Shown here: piece by piece, positions 39,025-52,411 of the stretch | How the letters are laid out: every line of letters begins with the position of its first letter | How positions within the stretch are numbered: position 1 is the stretch's first letter | Origin: Antedon mediterranea | Taxonomy: Eukaryota; Animalia; Echinodermata | Assembly: GCF_964355755.1 (NCBI RefSeq) | Contig: NC_092676.1 | Coordinates: 10,331,888-10,395,887 of the forward strand | Reading direction: 5' to 3' | DNA: 64,000 bases | Notes under the pieces: generated by a model | Database searches by the model: none | What the model was told of the DNA's origin: nothing | Seen by the model: the letters and a program-made list of their open reading frames with translations, nothing else | Program-made: the position numbers and the translations under genes

Positions 39025-41799
39025 CAATTAGGAACCCAAATTAGGGACATCAATAAACAGGAAAGCATAGATTAAATTATTTCAGCTGTGGTGAATTATT
39101 TGATGACTGTAAAAGAACTGAAAAAGAACGAAGTAAGATAACTAAACCAAATTACATACAATAAAAAATATAAAAAATCATTCGATAATGTTAGACTTTA
39201 TACGTTGTCTAAAAGGCCCATGCTTTCTTAAGATATGATTTGCAGAATTTATCAAGAATGTCATGGGCTTTGTTTACCATATTAATCGACATTGTTGGAA
39301 TGAGAACCCAAACCCCTTGAGTCATCTGGTCAATTTAATGGCAGTTCACAGCTCCTACCAAACCAATCTCAAATTCTTCACAGAATTACAAGAAATCTAT
39401 CCATAAATCTATTACAACATCGTTAAAGAATTCATCATTTACTTTATACAGTAGTAAAATAACTTTAAACCAATATGAAATGCAGCTTAAAATATATGAA
39501 AAAAAAACATAGAGGGAAAATGTATTACAATAAAATGGGTAAAGTACATTTATAAATGCATTTTGTAAACTTCACACTTTACTGTATTTATAGTAATTTT
39601 AATTCTTAAGTGTTCTGGAACATTTGCTTCTAGCTCCCAGTAGGTTTTTTGAAGCCAACCCACTTTACGTGGTACAGTTTTTAATATTTTTCCAAATCGG
39701 AAAAAATCCTGAAAAAAGAAGCAATTTTTACAAGCATGCAAATAAGTTAAACAAACTGTGTTTCCAAAACAATATTTGATTATTATCAGGGTTGTAATAT
39801 TTTGTCTCTGCTTCTTACCTTCTTGCAACTCGGTCTTCTCATTGGTATGCACAATCTCTGAAAAAATGTTCTCTAAATCTGTATTTTTTTGGGGGGGGGG
39901 GGGGGAAACAGTTAAGCATTAATAATTAAAACATTTTTATGAGGTTCCCTGCACTCTAATTTGAATGTATGTGCTACAGTATTTAAAAGTTGTTTTTTTT
40001 AATTTAATTATGCACCAGCGCACTTTATAAAATCTAATTATGTATATTATTATGTTAAGGTCAATTAAGTGTCAAATAATTTAATTTTTTTTAAAGCACT
40101 ATAACACTGTATTGATCATAGGTCATTCCATATTCTGTCACATCTTTAACACAATCGTATTCATTGTATGTGTTGCTGTTTTAAATTTAATTAGGTTTGC
40201 TAAATGTGTTACCAAAATCAATTAAGACTTTGTGAGGCCTAATGGTACCTTTAATTTCAGCATCTGTGGAAGAATTATGTTCATTATGAAGAATAACACA
40301 AAGGAAAGTAAATTTAAACATTTTGATTGACACTAAATACACATTTTATTATATCAACAACTCACCATCATCGAGCATGGCTTTGGTTAAGGCATTTATG
40401 CTTTCTGCAGCTGTGAAATAAGAATGACAATTTAACACAGCATTAATAAAACTTTAAAATAAATAAATACACCAAAAAAGTAAATAACAGTGTAACCATA
40501 CAGGTTTTAAAAACATTTTACAGTAAAATAATATTGAATGTCTTGATTACCAGCATTATATTGTTCAGTGTCCTATGTATTATTATTTTCAACATTTTTT
40601 ACCATAACATAAATGTGTTGGATACAGTAACAATGCATCCAACGTCACCTTTCTACAACAAATTGTTTGGTTGCATTAAATATCAAGTAAATGATGTTTA
40701 ACTTACCATCAGCAATTATTCTTTCATTTTCTGCAGCTGTGGATGAATAAATTGCAATAAATTATATTGTATTCAATGACTACATCATATAATAGACTCA
40801 AACACCTTTCTACAACAAATTGTTACAATGAAATTCAAATAGAGATTCTTTTTTAGATAAAAGTTTTAATTTGTTGGCCTACCAAAAGGAAACAGCGAAA
40901 AATAACAATTAAAATTAATATTATTAAAAATAAAGATTACTAATGCCTAAAAATAATGCAATAATTTTAGTTTTTAGTCGTATCTTCAATGAAAAAAAAA
41001 TGGTATGAACTTTGAAAATTGCCACAAATGATAATTTTACCTTAGTTTGTTTGAATAATTAACAAAAGGATTTAAATGAAATATGGCATTCAAGTTTACA
41101 GGTTCTCATCAGTTTTAAAAGGTCTAATGAGTAACCCACAGTAATATTTGTAGATGTTGCTGGCCAAAGGTGGCATTGTAAAAAAAGGTATATTCAGGTT
41201 TGCACAAACACATTTTCTATTTGTAATTGATGGCATCGACCTAAAGATTATGTAATAATATTATCAATAATATAAATTTAAAAGGTTACATACATTCAAT
41301 ATTAATCAAATATATGTGATAGTACAGTAACCAAAATAATCATTTGTGGCATATTAAAATGAAAATGTATGTACAATTCAGATTACCTTTAGCATCAAAA
41401 ACAGTAATGTGCAGTGGCAAATGTACATCAAAGTAAAATGGGATATCCTCTGGAACCATGAACGTTTTGCTGTCACTAGTTATGATGTGTACTGGATACC
41501 TGGATAAATAGATAAGTTATAATGGTTATTGAATAATTGTGGACATTGTTTGTTTTTTTGGTTTTTTTTTGGCAACATCGGCATTGTATTGGATTTCAAA
41601 ACAATAATGCGCAGTAAAGAGCATTTTCAAGACAGACAGACACGTACTAATGTTGTCATTGACAACATTTCAATCAATAACCAACCTCCTAAAAATCAAT
41701 ATGATATATCTAGCAAGAAAAGCATTGAAAATATTAAAGATTTATGTTGATTAACATAATGTATTTGATTTTTTTATTTATATTCATAGAGTATTTGAC

Positions 41800-42700
41800 A
41801 TACCATAAGCAATCAGTACTGGAGTTGATGGCAATTCATTTGATGTCTCCACAAAAAAAAATCACATTAAAGTAACACTACATCAAATTGTGTAGAAAGG
41901 TACAGATAAAGAGTGATTGAGTAAGCTGGCTCAGTCATGCTGATAAATGGGGATATAATATGTGCAATAATGTAAACTTACTCAAAGGAAGTAAAAATGC
42001 TGCCACTTTTTTCCTCCGAAATACTAGAAGTAATATTAGTCCAGGCACATTAGGAGTGTCGTTTGCCAATTCTCCTCTGTCCTTTGCAATGTCACATACA
42101 ATGTCATGTATTTCCTTTTGTCAAGATGTTCCATAAATTAAATAATTTTCTCCCCTATTTTTTTCAAAGGATGTTTCTAACTGCTTCTTTTCTATGCCAA
42201 CAAGTTCATTGAAGTGAATCGAAATTCCTTCGTTAGAAAAGAACAATGGCCATTCCGAACACAAACTAGGAATTGAAATTTCCATCGATGTAATATCTCT
42301 TCTTTGTTTCATTTGGAGGCAATTCAGTTGGGTTGAAATTGATACACCCGTAACTGTCAGCTGTTTCTTGAACTCCTTTTTGTGTACAGGTGCTTGTGTT
42401 TTTTTTTTTATGATCAGACCTTGCTTGGTTGTGCGATCCCTCTAACAGATTTGTCAATAGCGAGTCGTATCTAGTTCCAATTCTATGACCATCAATGGCA
42501 ACTTTATATTATTTAGGATATTCTTTGATAATCTTCTCAGCTATGTGGCTTAACTGCTTTTTGTTAGTCTTTAATGTTATATAGTGCGTACATCTTGTAT
42601 AATGATTCGAACCATTTCGTGACGTTGCAATGGTTTTGGCCTTTCATATTTCTTTAAAATTTAAAGAATAGATGCTCATTTTCTTATTCTGTTTTTTCTC
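41800..42700 (-). pseudogene. SAMD3-like / CACTA accessory ORF remnant
   Basis: HEMVRIII, IAEKIIKEYP, IDGHRIGTRYDSLL, DSYGCINFNPTELPP, QRRDI..SLCSEWPLFFSNEGISIHFNELVG, LPSTPVLIAY. Confidence 0.6.
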
Positions 42701-43834
42701 CTTGCCAGTACATCCATATTTGCATATACATTTATTTAATATCAATGTTCATGGTAACAAAATAAAAGGTGATACATAATATGACTAAGTAACATTGAAA
42801 GAAGGCTTGTGTTGTGTTGTGTTGGGCAAGCCTGAAACATAATAGTAACAACATAGTAACAACCTTATGAAAAAATAGATAGGGTAAAGATATGTTTTGA
42901 TTATGTGTCTAGAAAACTCAGATCTCAGATATATCTGAGTTTTCTAGATCTAGAAAACTCAGATATCAAGATCTGAGTTTTCTCAGAGTAACAGTAATTG
43001 TACTCATATTGAGAATTATGCAGAAGTGCAAGATGTATATTAAATTTAGACGTGGCGCATTATTAGCATACTGAAGTTAAACATCCTAATAATACTGTAC
43101 CATATGTCTTTTGCCACCAGGTCTATTCAAGGCCTGTTTGAGTGTTGATTCTGTTAGTTCTGTATCTATGTGGCACATTTTTGTTTCTGGGTGTGCTCGC
43201 CTACATGAATCTATAGATAAATGATTTGACTGAAATCAGAAAGCAGTGTTGTGGTCAATACTGATATGCTATTATGCTATTGAAGTTTATGGGTTTGATG
43301 TTACTGCTTGGTCGCTACTTATATGCTATGCTGTTCAAATCTAAGGATTAGGTGTTACTGCGCTAGGTGGTAAAGCTGCCACAGTTGCTACCTATATGCT
43401 AGTATACTATTGATGTCTATGGGTTGGGTGTTGCTGCTATAGCTGGTAAAGTAGTCATGGTTGCTACTTATGTACTTGTTAATGTTAATTAACAGCTTTA
43501 AATTGGGTAAAATGGTGCATAGAATATTTCTAATTGAACTTATGTAGTTAAAGTGTGAGGCTTACATGAAAACCTAGGCTAGGCATGCAATAGTTTGAAT
43601 GTTGCTGTGTAATTACAACATATGACAGTCACCATTGAGAATTACGTTTGATTATAAATGTATGCAACCAACTTTGTATGGGCAATTAGTAAGGAAACAC
43701 AAGTAATGCTAAAGATAAAACCATCATTTAATTATTTTTGGTAACAATCAAGATTGATTTTATTGATTGATTGATATAAATAAATTTCACTTTTTGCCAT
43801 GGGTGAAAAATGAATAAGTTTCATTCTTAATAAG

Positions 43835-44440
43835 GGCAAAACAAAACGCTAACAATTTATATACATAGTAGAAGAAAAGAAAGTTAGAAATACTATGAAC
43901 GTCAAATGCATTTTATATCATGACCCACATAAAGAATTGAAAACAGAGCTCAAAATAATATATATTATATACATGTGTAATAGCTACTTGGAACCAATGA
44001 GTTCAGACAGATAAATATAATTACGACATTATAAATATATAAAAAAACAACTACACATGAAAATTTATTTATATAGTCCTGAAATCACAAGAAAATTGAA
44101 ACTAAAATGAAGTGCATGTGCATTGAAAACCATGGCACACATATTCTTCAGAAGGCCAAAACAAAATATTAACAAGTTATATACATAGTAAAAAAAAGAA
44201 AGTAAAACTCATATGAACGTCAAATGCTTGTATATCCTGACCACATAAAGACTTGAGTTCAAAATAGAGCTCTAAATATGTGTAATAGCATATGGAACCA
44301 ATGAGTTCAGGTAGATAAATAGAATTACGACATTATAAATATAATTATATAAAAACAACTACACATAAAAAGTTACTGACATAGTCCTGAAATTCAAAGG
44401 AAGTTTAATAAAATGAACTATGCATTTGAAACCAATTTGC
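43835..44440. repeat. ~320-bp diverged direct duplication
   Basis: ttatatacatagta..tatgaacgtcaaatgc..ggaaccaatgagttcag..caactacacat occur twice. Confidence 0.8.
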
Positions 44441-45129
44441 ACGCATAAATAATTACATAGATAAATAAAGAGTTAAAAACTTGGCTGAACATTGGATTAG
44501 CTACCTGAAGCAAATCAATACAGATAGTGTAAAAAACCTTGCAACATAAAGATACTGAACAATGTTTACCTGTATAGCTGCAAGTTGGAATTCGCTAATG
44601 ACTTAAGTATTTATGCCTGAAAACTTTGAGATATAATCAAATATCACCATTTTGGCATGTACGTTGGTAATTAACCTTCATTGTATAACATATTGTTGAG
44701 GTAAAAAGAAAAAAAAAGGTATTTACAATTTACATAGTATTAATGTAAGTTAAAAATAGAATGTATTACAAATGCATTAGAAACCATGGCAAATATAAAT
44801 TAAAAGAAATTATATATACTGCAAATAATGTGCTATCATTTGTTGGTAATAAGAGGTGGATGGCATCTTCGATTTTTTTGATTGAGTATTGCTTTGGCGT
44901 CGGTATTGAGAGCGTGAAATGGTGATTTTATGAAGCGTTTGGATGCGCCTGTGCCTTAGCTACATGATGCAGGAAGATGATGGCATTTGGTGATGGGTAC
45001 ATTGTTCTTAGCCTTTTTTTACTAGGTGTATAGATTCTGCTCAGTTCCTGCTCACACTGTTTGGCTGGTGGTATAATGTGCTGGCCAGCTATCCATGATG
45101 CTGTGTATTCTGTTTGTGGCCAGTTTGGC

Positions 45130-47300
45130 TGGATTTAAATAACTTACTTACTAAAATACTTTAATCTGGAATGGGTTTTAAACTACTCAACTTATTTTTG
45201 TTTTTCTAAATCATGATGTGTAATTTTAAAATCCTTAACAAACTTGTATTTATTTTCAACTTTCTAATCGTACCAGATGTATCCATAGTCCAAAGTATGT
45301 ATACAATTTAACAGCTTCCATCTGAAGGTTTAATTTAATATGGCTGTATAGTGCTAAGGACTTGGATCTTGTTTGTGACTTGGATTTCCTCTGGGTCAGA
45401 CCTGTCAATATTTTAAGTATTCCTTAATATTTTTTGATAACAGCGTCACTAATCTACTTCCTCCAAAAGTGAATACTTGTTTATCTAAACTGAAGTTTTA
45501 GCGACCTTTTATCATTTGTGTTCTAAAAAATTGGCACTTTATCATCATCATTGAAAATCTTAACATCTTCTTCATCATTAGCTTATTCTTTCCTTAGCAT
45601 ATTCTTTCCTTAGCAATCTACCCCTTATAATGCTTGCAAGCTATTTGGAATGTTTTATTCTGATGATTAGGTGAGCTAAAAGTTTGCCACCAATCTGATA
45701 TGGTTTTCTTTCTTTCTGCAGTCACTTGTCACTGCTGCTGGATCCATCTCCAAAAGAATATCAAGTGTGGCACTTTTCTGTTTCTGGTTAAGAATTAAGG
45801 CCTTTTTTTTACTACCAGATTTATTTGAAAGCTTCACCCAATGCAGCCTTAGTCTAATATAATCTCGTTTTAGATGATTGCTGATTTATATGCACCAGCC
45901 CATTGTAATAACATATTTGGTACAGGTGATTTTGTAGAAAAGTACATTTTTTAGTTTTCATTATAAACTAGAGAATTCTTCAATGCACAAGAACTTTTCC
46001 ATTTCATGTTGCTAATCCGATATTTTATATTCTTACATGAACTGCTTTCATTAAGTAAGCCTTGTCTGTGCAATTGGGTGGAAGTTGACTATTATCATTG
46101 TAATGAAAATAAAAAGGAATTGTCTTCAACTGATTTCTCAATATGGTTTTACCAAGCATTGGAGTTGATACTAAGTTCATTGTTAGACCAAATTTGTTGC
46201 TCCAAGATGTTGATCAATGAATGTTTTGAATTAAATTTTGTCCATTACACAAAATTTGTTTTTGATATCTTTTATCACTTTATAGAGAAATATGTGCCAA
46301 TTAACGTCAAGTTTCCAATTTTGTTTGTTTTATCTTTATACTGGGTGACCTCTTCAGTCAAAGACTGATCTCCCAGAGGGCCCAGTTGGTGATCAGTGGC
46401 TGTGATGTACTACTACACCGGGGTAACCCCCTACTCGTCTCGAAAGATGTACTTTGCACACGAGCAAGTTGTGTACACTGGACCTACGGTTTATAGTCCG
46501 AGAAGACTCGTTCTACCACCAGAACCATGGAGTGAGTGAGCCTCGAACCCCTGCCAATGTTATGGCTACGTGATTACGGTTCCACTGTCTTAACCGCTCG
46601 GCCACTCACTCACTCAGAATTTTTCTCTTACATATTTATTGACACGGCTGACCAGACATTGCTAAATAATCTGAAATCGTTATACAATGCAATCGTTTAT
46701 TCACAATATTTTTAAATGCATTCCATAATTGTTCAATGTTTTTTAACACAATGGTATGTACAGTATTGCACTCTCTCCATGCTCAGTGCAAATGCAATAT
46801 TGTTTACCCTTTTTAATAGCAAAATTGGTGTGACCATTTTTAAAGAGTAGTTTCAAACGAAGAAAAGATTTTTAATTTAATTGGACTAATTAATTTTCCT
46901 TTCCAATATTCACTTCCCTTTTCCAATATTCACATTTCTGGCTACGAATGAACATGATTTGAAGCTTTACAACAATTGTAAATCATCTGGCATGACATTA
47001 CATCCCGATTGAGATATAACATTGGTATTCTAAAGCTACAGTGTTAACAATTATTAATGTTGTGAAAAACAATGAAAAGTCAATGTCACCGAAACTAAAA
47101 TGTGGTAGTACTCTTGTTATCAATCAGGATTTCAACTGATGTTATTTCTGGTTTGAACCTGACCACATTTTAACAGAATCATTAACAACTGGCCTGGAAT
47201 TGATCCTTCTTTTTGCAACCAACTCACCACTTTATTCTCATGGCTGTGGAACTGGAGAATGATGGTAAAAGCCACAGAAAACCGTGAGGTATAAACTAAA
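45130..47300 (-). pseudogene. Heavily decayed CACTA-like transposase upstream of the SAMD3-like ORF
   Basis: Degenerate PNMLLQW..WC....NHLKR near 45870-45925 resembles the HYP..GPL..WCMRFE.KH motif; otherwise riddled with stops. Confidence 0.3.
46365..46612 (-). mobile_element. tRNA-derived SINE (Meta/V-like core)
   Basis: On minus: A-box tggccgagcggttaag, B-box ggttcgaggc, then ttctcggactataaaccgtaggtcc core. Confidence 0.75.
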
Positions 47301-48179
47301 CCCAATGATTAAACTGAAGTGTATGGGTTTTAAGCCCTTTAAAATACAAACAGAAGGTGGATCTTGAATAAAACAACTTTGGTTCAGAAAATATAATTTA
47401 AACCGACCGGTTGGAAAAATAGAGAGTGGTTACATCTAAACAGAATTTGCTGTGAGATACTACAGGATACTACAAAATGAAGTACAAAGTCAACATGCCA
47501 GAATCTGTGAAACCGTTAATGATTGATGATGACTAATAACACATTTATTGATTTTATTGAATACCAACCATCACCACGCAACCATTATTTCGCCACTGCA
47601 ATCCAGCACAATTTGGGAAATTCCAGAAAAAATTGTAGTATCAACTTCAGGATTTCACTGTCAATATGGACATGATGATGCTATTACAATTTTAAAGCCT
47701 TTCTGTCATTCGTAGCCAAATGTGTAAATGTTGGAAAAGCGCATAATATTTAATATTTTGCGGGAGAGGGAGAAAAAATGCTCACCAAATTTGCTTAATG
47801 TAAAAAATACCAACAGAAATTTTGATTTAATTTTCTAAACTAATTGGACTTTAATTCATTTACCTCATTAAACATTATATTTTAAAAATTGTATGTAGTT
47901 ACAGTAATAAAGATAATAAATTACAATAACTTTTTTGTAGAATATTCACTAAAAATCAGAACCATTTTATGCTTGACAAATGTTACATGATGTATGTTAC
48001 TTTTGTCCAGGTTAAAAAAACGAAATTAAATAATTTAAACAGTTACTATAATTTAATAAATTTCAAAATTAACATTTTTCGGGCATTGACAAATTTTATT
48101 AAAATGTCCACTTATTATTAATGTATTTCAAGCAATAGTTATAACTTATTTATTGGGAGAAACTTTCCAACAATGATCC

Positions 48180-50600
48180 TTCTTCTTTTTTTTTTCCATA
48201 GTAGCTCTCCAATGAAAACTACTATGAATGGATTTTTGTTGTGGTGTATTTCTGTGAAAGGACGTTCCAGGATATCATGCTGTTGTTGTTTCCTTCCTCG
48301 TCATGGGTTTTTGTGGCTTCCTCCCTTCTTACCTTGTGCCTCTTTTGGTGGCTCCAAAAGATCACTCTTATTCGGCGCCGTACGCCTAGAGGATCTCTTC
48401 AAGTGATCTAAGTGGGTTTCCAAAATTCCCTCGATCTCTACAACGCATAAGCTGTGTTTGCACATATGCTTATACTTGTAACACGGCAAATGCAATTGAC
48501 ATAGTCAGCAAAAACACTGCATTTGTACCAATCAATCAATCAGAATTATATAGCTCCAGTATCCATAATAATGTTCAAAGGCGCTTGACAAAGTTAAGCA
48601 GGAAATGCTTATGTTGATGTTTTCAGATGTACTTTTTTGTCTCTGCTGACGCAACGAGGTAGCTTTTTCTTGCAGTTGCGTTTTTGGTTGGTTCTCGTTG
48701 TACTTGACCATTGTTATTTAATAAATCTTGAGCACCCTGTACGACCTTGTCCACTGTAGCATCTGGCCAGCTATTCATGGCCTTTAGGATCCCAACTACA
48801 TCAACAGAAAACTGTTTATACTCAAACTCTTCCATGTACGCTATGTTCCTTATTTTAATCATTTTACCTGCCGCTGCTTCTTCAACTCTAATCTTATTAA
48901 ATTCAGTAACATATGCTGTTCTTTCCTTTTCGTTTAGATCAAACCATTCTTCCGCTGGCACTTTCAAGTGTTGTACTATGTCAGCAAGCTCAAACTCTGC
49001 TTTCAGGCCACATATTGCCATCATTAGCTCTTCTTGTTGTTGACGATCAACTGCCTCAAACACATCTTTCACAAATTCCAGCTTGGTCATGCTACTTGTG
49101 CTTTTATCCTTCTTAGTAATAGCCTCTTTTATACGTGTTAATTTGTTATTTGTACTCTCTGACTGGTTTGAGTAGCATCTTAATGGTGTACCGGATGAAT
49201 CACTTGGCATTCCTGCATTTGCTCTTGCTGGAGCAAGCATACATTTTTTGAACATTTTCCGATGTGTTTCAATATAGCTTGCAAATTCTGGAGTTTCTTT
49301 TCCCGTAATATCCACCTCTATAGGATTTAATTTCTTTGTTGCTGATGCCAATCTTACTTTTAATTCATCTTTATTTGGCGAATCTAAGACACCATCCTTA
49401 CATTCATTTCCAAATATTTCATCAAGAAATATTTTTTGTTGGTTAGCCTTCTGCACTCCTAATTTATGCAATTTTTCTTTGCAATTCATCCTGAAATGTC
49501 TGAAACATCGTAAGCCTGTAGCACGTCTCATTTCCTCACCGATAGCGGTGTACAATGCTTGTTCGCCGTCGGTAATGTATCCAATTGCCTTATCAGCAAG
49601 TCTGGGACTGGCACTTACCACTGCATGAAAAATCTTTTTATAGACAATCTTTCCTTTACTGTAATGTATTGCTGTGGGGCCTAAAAATGAAGGTGCAATA
49701 CCGGTGCGTCAACTTTTTAAAAAAAGGTCACTTCATATCGTCCAAAATCAAATGTCGGGTCTACACTTAAGGGATGGTTAAGTACATCAAATGTACAAAA
49801 CCTTGACAGATCTGAAGTCATATGTTTCTTTCCCAAGACCCACAAGTCTTCCGGTACATCGTGGTGTTCTAGAACTAATGTTTCCTCGGAGTGTTTTGCA
49901 TATTCTAGTAATTCTTCCTTTCATGCTATATCTTAAATCATACAGCTGTTTCTTTGATCTGGAAGATCTGCAGGATTACTTGCACCAATCACACCACCTA
50001 CAGCTGAAGAAACATTTCTAAATGCAACTGATGCCGAATTTGTAGTTAACTCACTTTTTATTGCCTTCAAAACACTCTTTTTGCTCGGATAAAATGGGGC
50101 CTATTAGTTGTCTTACTATTTCCATGTGCCTGAATAAAAAAGTTCACCTCGTTGCATCCTTGAATGTTACCATCAGTTCCTATCAAAAGAAAAATTGAGC
50201 GGCATAGCCCTGCGTCATTTACAACTGAATGTGTGTAGATATGTAATGATGATGAGTCTTTACCTAATTTAATACGTTTTTTGTTAACTGTAATACCGTT
50301 ATGCTCATCCACGTCCACTGTCCATGTGCACGAACGTAATTTTTTGTTATACACGCCATTCATGTCGCTCTTCACATCCTCCCAACACTTTAACTGAGAA
50401 GTGTCTGCAAGGAAAGATGCTCTTGTTCTCACGTTCTTGGGTGCAATAATGCATTTTGTGTGGCCTGTTTCAAGAAGGATCTCTACTGCCTGTGACCAGG
50501 TATAGCGGTTTTTCCTACCTTCTTCAAATATTGGAAGCCGTCTGTCACCATTGAAGAATTTTGAAATGTTTTTAATCTGAAAAATTAAAATAACCAATAA
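48180..50600 (-). pseudogene. MULE/Mutator transposase with SWIM finger, frameshifted
   Basis: YITDGEQALYTA..GLRCFRHF, YSNQSESTNNKL, SWIM-like C..YKHMCKHSLCV, N-terminal EDVKSDMNGVY and HGNSK motifs; longest piece 48623-49621. Confidence 0.85.
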
Positions 50601-50812
50601 CTGTACTAAACAAACGAAACTGGAATGTGATACATAATTGAGAGATTTGTAGTATAATTTTCTAATACTTCTGGTCCTTAATTTAGAAAGTAGTGGAAAG
50701 AGTTTATTTAATGCATAATCACCTTTTAAAATGTTTCTAATCATAAGAACAAAAAGCAGTATTCACTAAGAGCAATTATACTTCAGCTTATTTAAAACAA
50801 CGGGGCAAGGCC

Positions 50813-51030
50813 ACTGGCGCAGATCCTGGGGGAAGAACATGTGTTTTAGGCGGATGGTTCCCCACCCCACTTTTTAACAGCAAAATCACAGAATGACGTA
50901 TCAGTATTAAATAGGTACCCCAACTAGAGACCGAAAAATCTGAATAATCTTTTTTTGCTTGTCAGTTGGAAATTGGCATTTTACTTTTTCCTACGTCCCC
51001 TCACTATTCACAAGGGATCTTCGCTGTTGG
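50813..51030. mobile_element. Small decayed MITE
   Basis: cactggcgcagatcc ... ggatcttcgctgttg imperfect TIRs. Confidence 0.35.
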
Positions 51031-51694
51031 GCCTATGATGGCTGCGCATTTTCTCGCTTAGCACTGATTGGCTACGTATTTCTTTCGCGCGAAATAAATT
51101 CACCTAGTAGAAAACGACCTTAAGGTATTAGACATGTATTGGTGCCATAATATACTAACAATGTGTGTCTGAATGTGTCGAACTGTCACTATCAATTATT
51201 GTTACATATTTCTCGTCATCTACTTCTTTGTTGCCTTCTGATAGCTGTACAACCTAAGGAATAAAAGGCATGCTACTGTTGTTGCAAATAAAGAATAAAT
51301 ATATTTTAAGTTTATTGTCTTGTAAACAGGTTTGTGTTAAAAAATATAGTAGCCAGACACCATAAAATATTTTACTATCATTTTAAATTGTTTTCGGAAG
51401 GCCGTGGTCAATTTGACTGAGGCACCTAGATTGATTGATTTACTCCACGAATAGATATATAAGATTCCCATTACATTTTTTGAGGCAATCCGGACCACCA
51501 GGATCCCAATTCTGGACCACTAGTTATTACTTTACTATTTTTAGATGGATCTTTACAAACTTTACTACATTTTGGAGATAATCCGGACAAGGATCTCAAT
51601 TCTAAACCACTTTTTTTCATTATTTGGCTAGTTGTATGCCATACGCCAGAACTGCATGACACATATATATATATATCCCTATAAAAAAAATCAT

Positions 51695-52290
51695 CGGGAT
51701 CCTGGCCGGGATCCCGACGGGATCCGGTAAAATCCCGCGGGATTTTCGGGCGGTATTCCCGGTTGGGAATCCTGAAAAAATCGGGATATTTTCGGGATTT
51801 CCGACCGGGAAATTAGCGAAATTGTGTTCGGGATTTTTGCGATATTCACGGCCAGGATCCCGGTCATCTCGCGGGATTTTCGGGCGGTATTCCCGGTTTT
51901 TACCGGGATCCCGGTAACAAATATCCCGATTTTTTCCACAATTTTAATCGGGATTTTTGCGATATTCACGGCCGGGATCCCGGTCATCCCGCGGGATTTT
52001 CGGTCGGTATTCCCGGTTTTTATCGGGATCCCAATAAAAATATCTCGATTTTTTTGGTGAAATTTTAATCGGGATAATGCGCAAAAACGAACGGGATTTT
52101 TAACCGGGATATCGATCGGGATTCTCGGCAGGATCCTGATCGATATCCCGGTTAAAAATCCCGGCAAAAAATCGAGATATTTTTTATTAGGATTAAGTGG
52201 GATTTCAGCTGTAAATTTAAGACGGGATGCCGAATAAATTTAATCCCGCCAAAATTTAGATTTATAAATAGAATTTGTACCGGGATCGAT
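51695..52290. repeat. GC-rich subterminal array of CGGGAT/ATCCCG motifs, including a 120-bp duplication
   Basis: Dozens of cgggat/atcccg half-sites and cgggatcccg palindromes; 51829-51945 repeats at 51949-52070. Confidence 0.9.
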
Positions 52291-52411
52291 CCGCAAAGAA
52301 TGAATGACACAGGATTGTGTTAAACGTACAAACAAAAACAACACGTCACAATTGTGGTCGATTCCTAAACATTTTTATTAGCTTTGTTGTTAAGCTTATT
52401 TTTTATTTTGG

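Larger units (their letters stand above)
35009..41500 (-). pseudogene. Multi-exon KDZ (Kyakuja-Dileera-Zisupton)-like transposase remnant
   Basis: Exon 41240-41041 reads HLWPATSTNITVGYSLDLLKLMRTCKLECHISFKSFC (CxC-associated motif). Further GT-AG exons near 41499-41387, 40736-40707, 40410-40366, 39858-39820 and ~35360-35040 (SQQEIMYL). Catalytic core not recognisable. Confidence 0.4.

Noticed and set aside
46540-46612. tRNA gene (also 52908-53000)
   Set aside because: A and B boxes present but no proper cloverleaf, and followed by a SINE body.
51691-52167. 158-aa ORF
   Set aside because: Arises from the stop-poor CGGGAT array; no domain.
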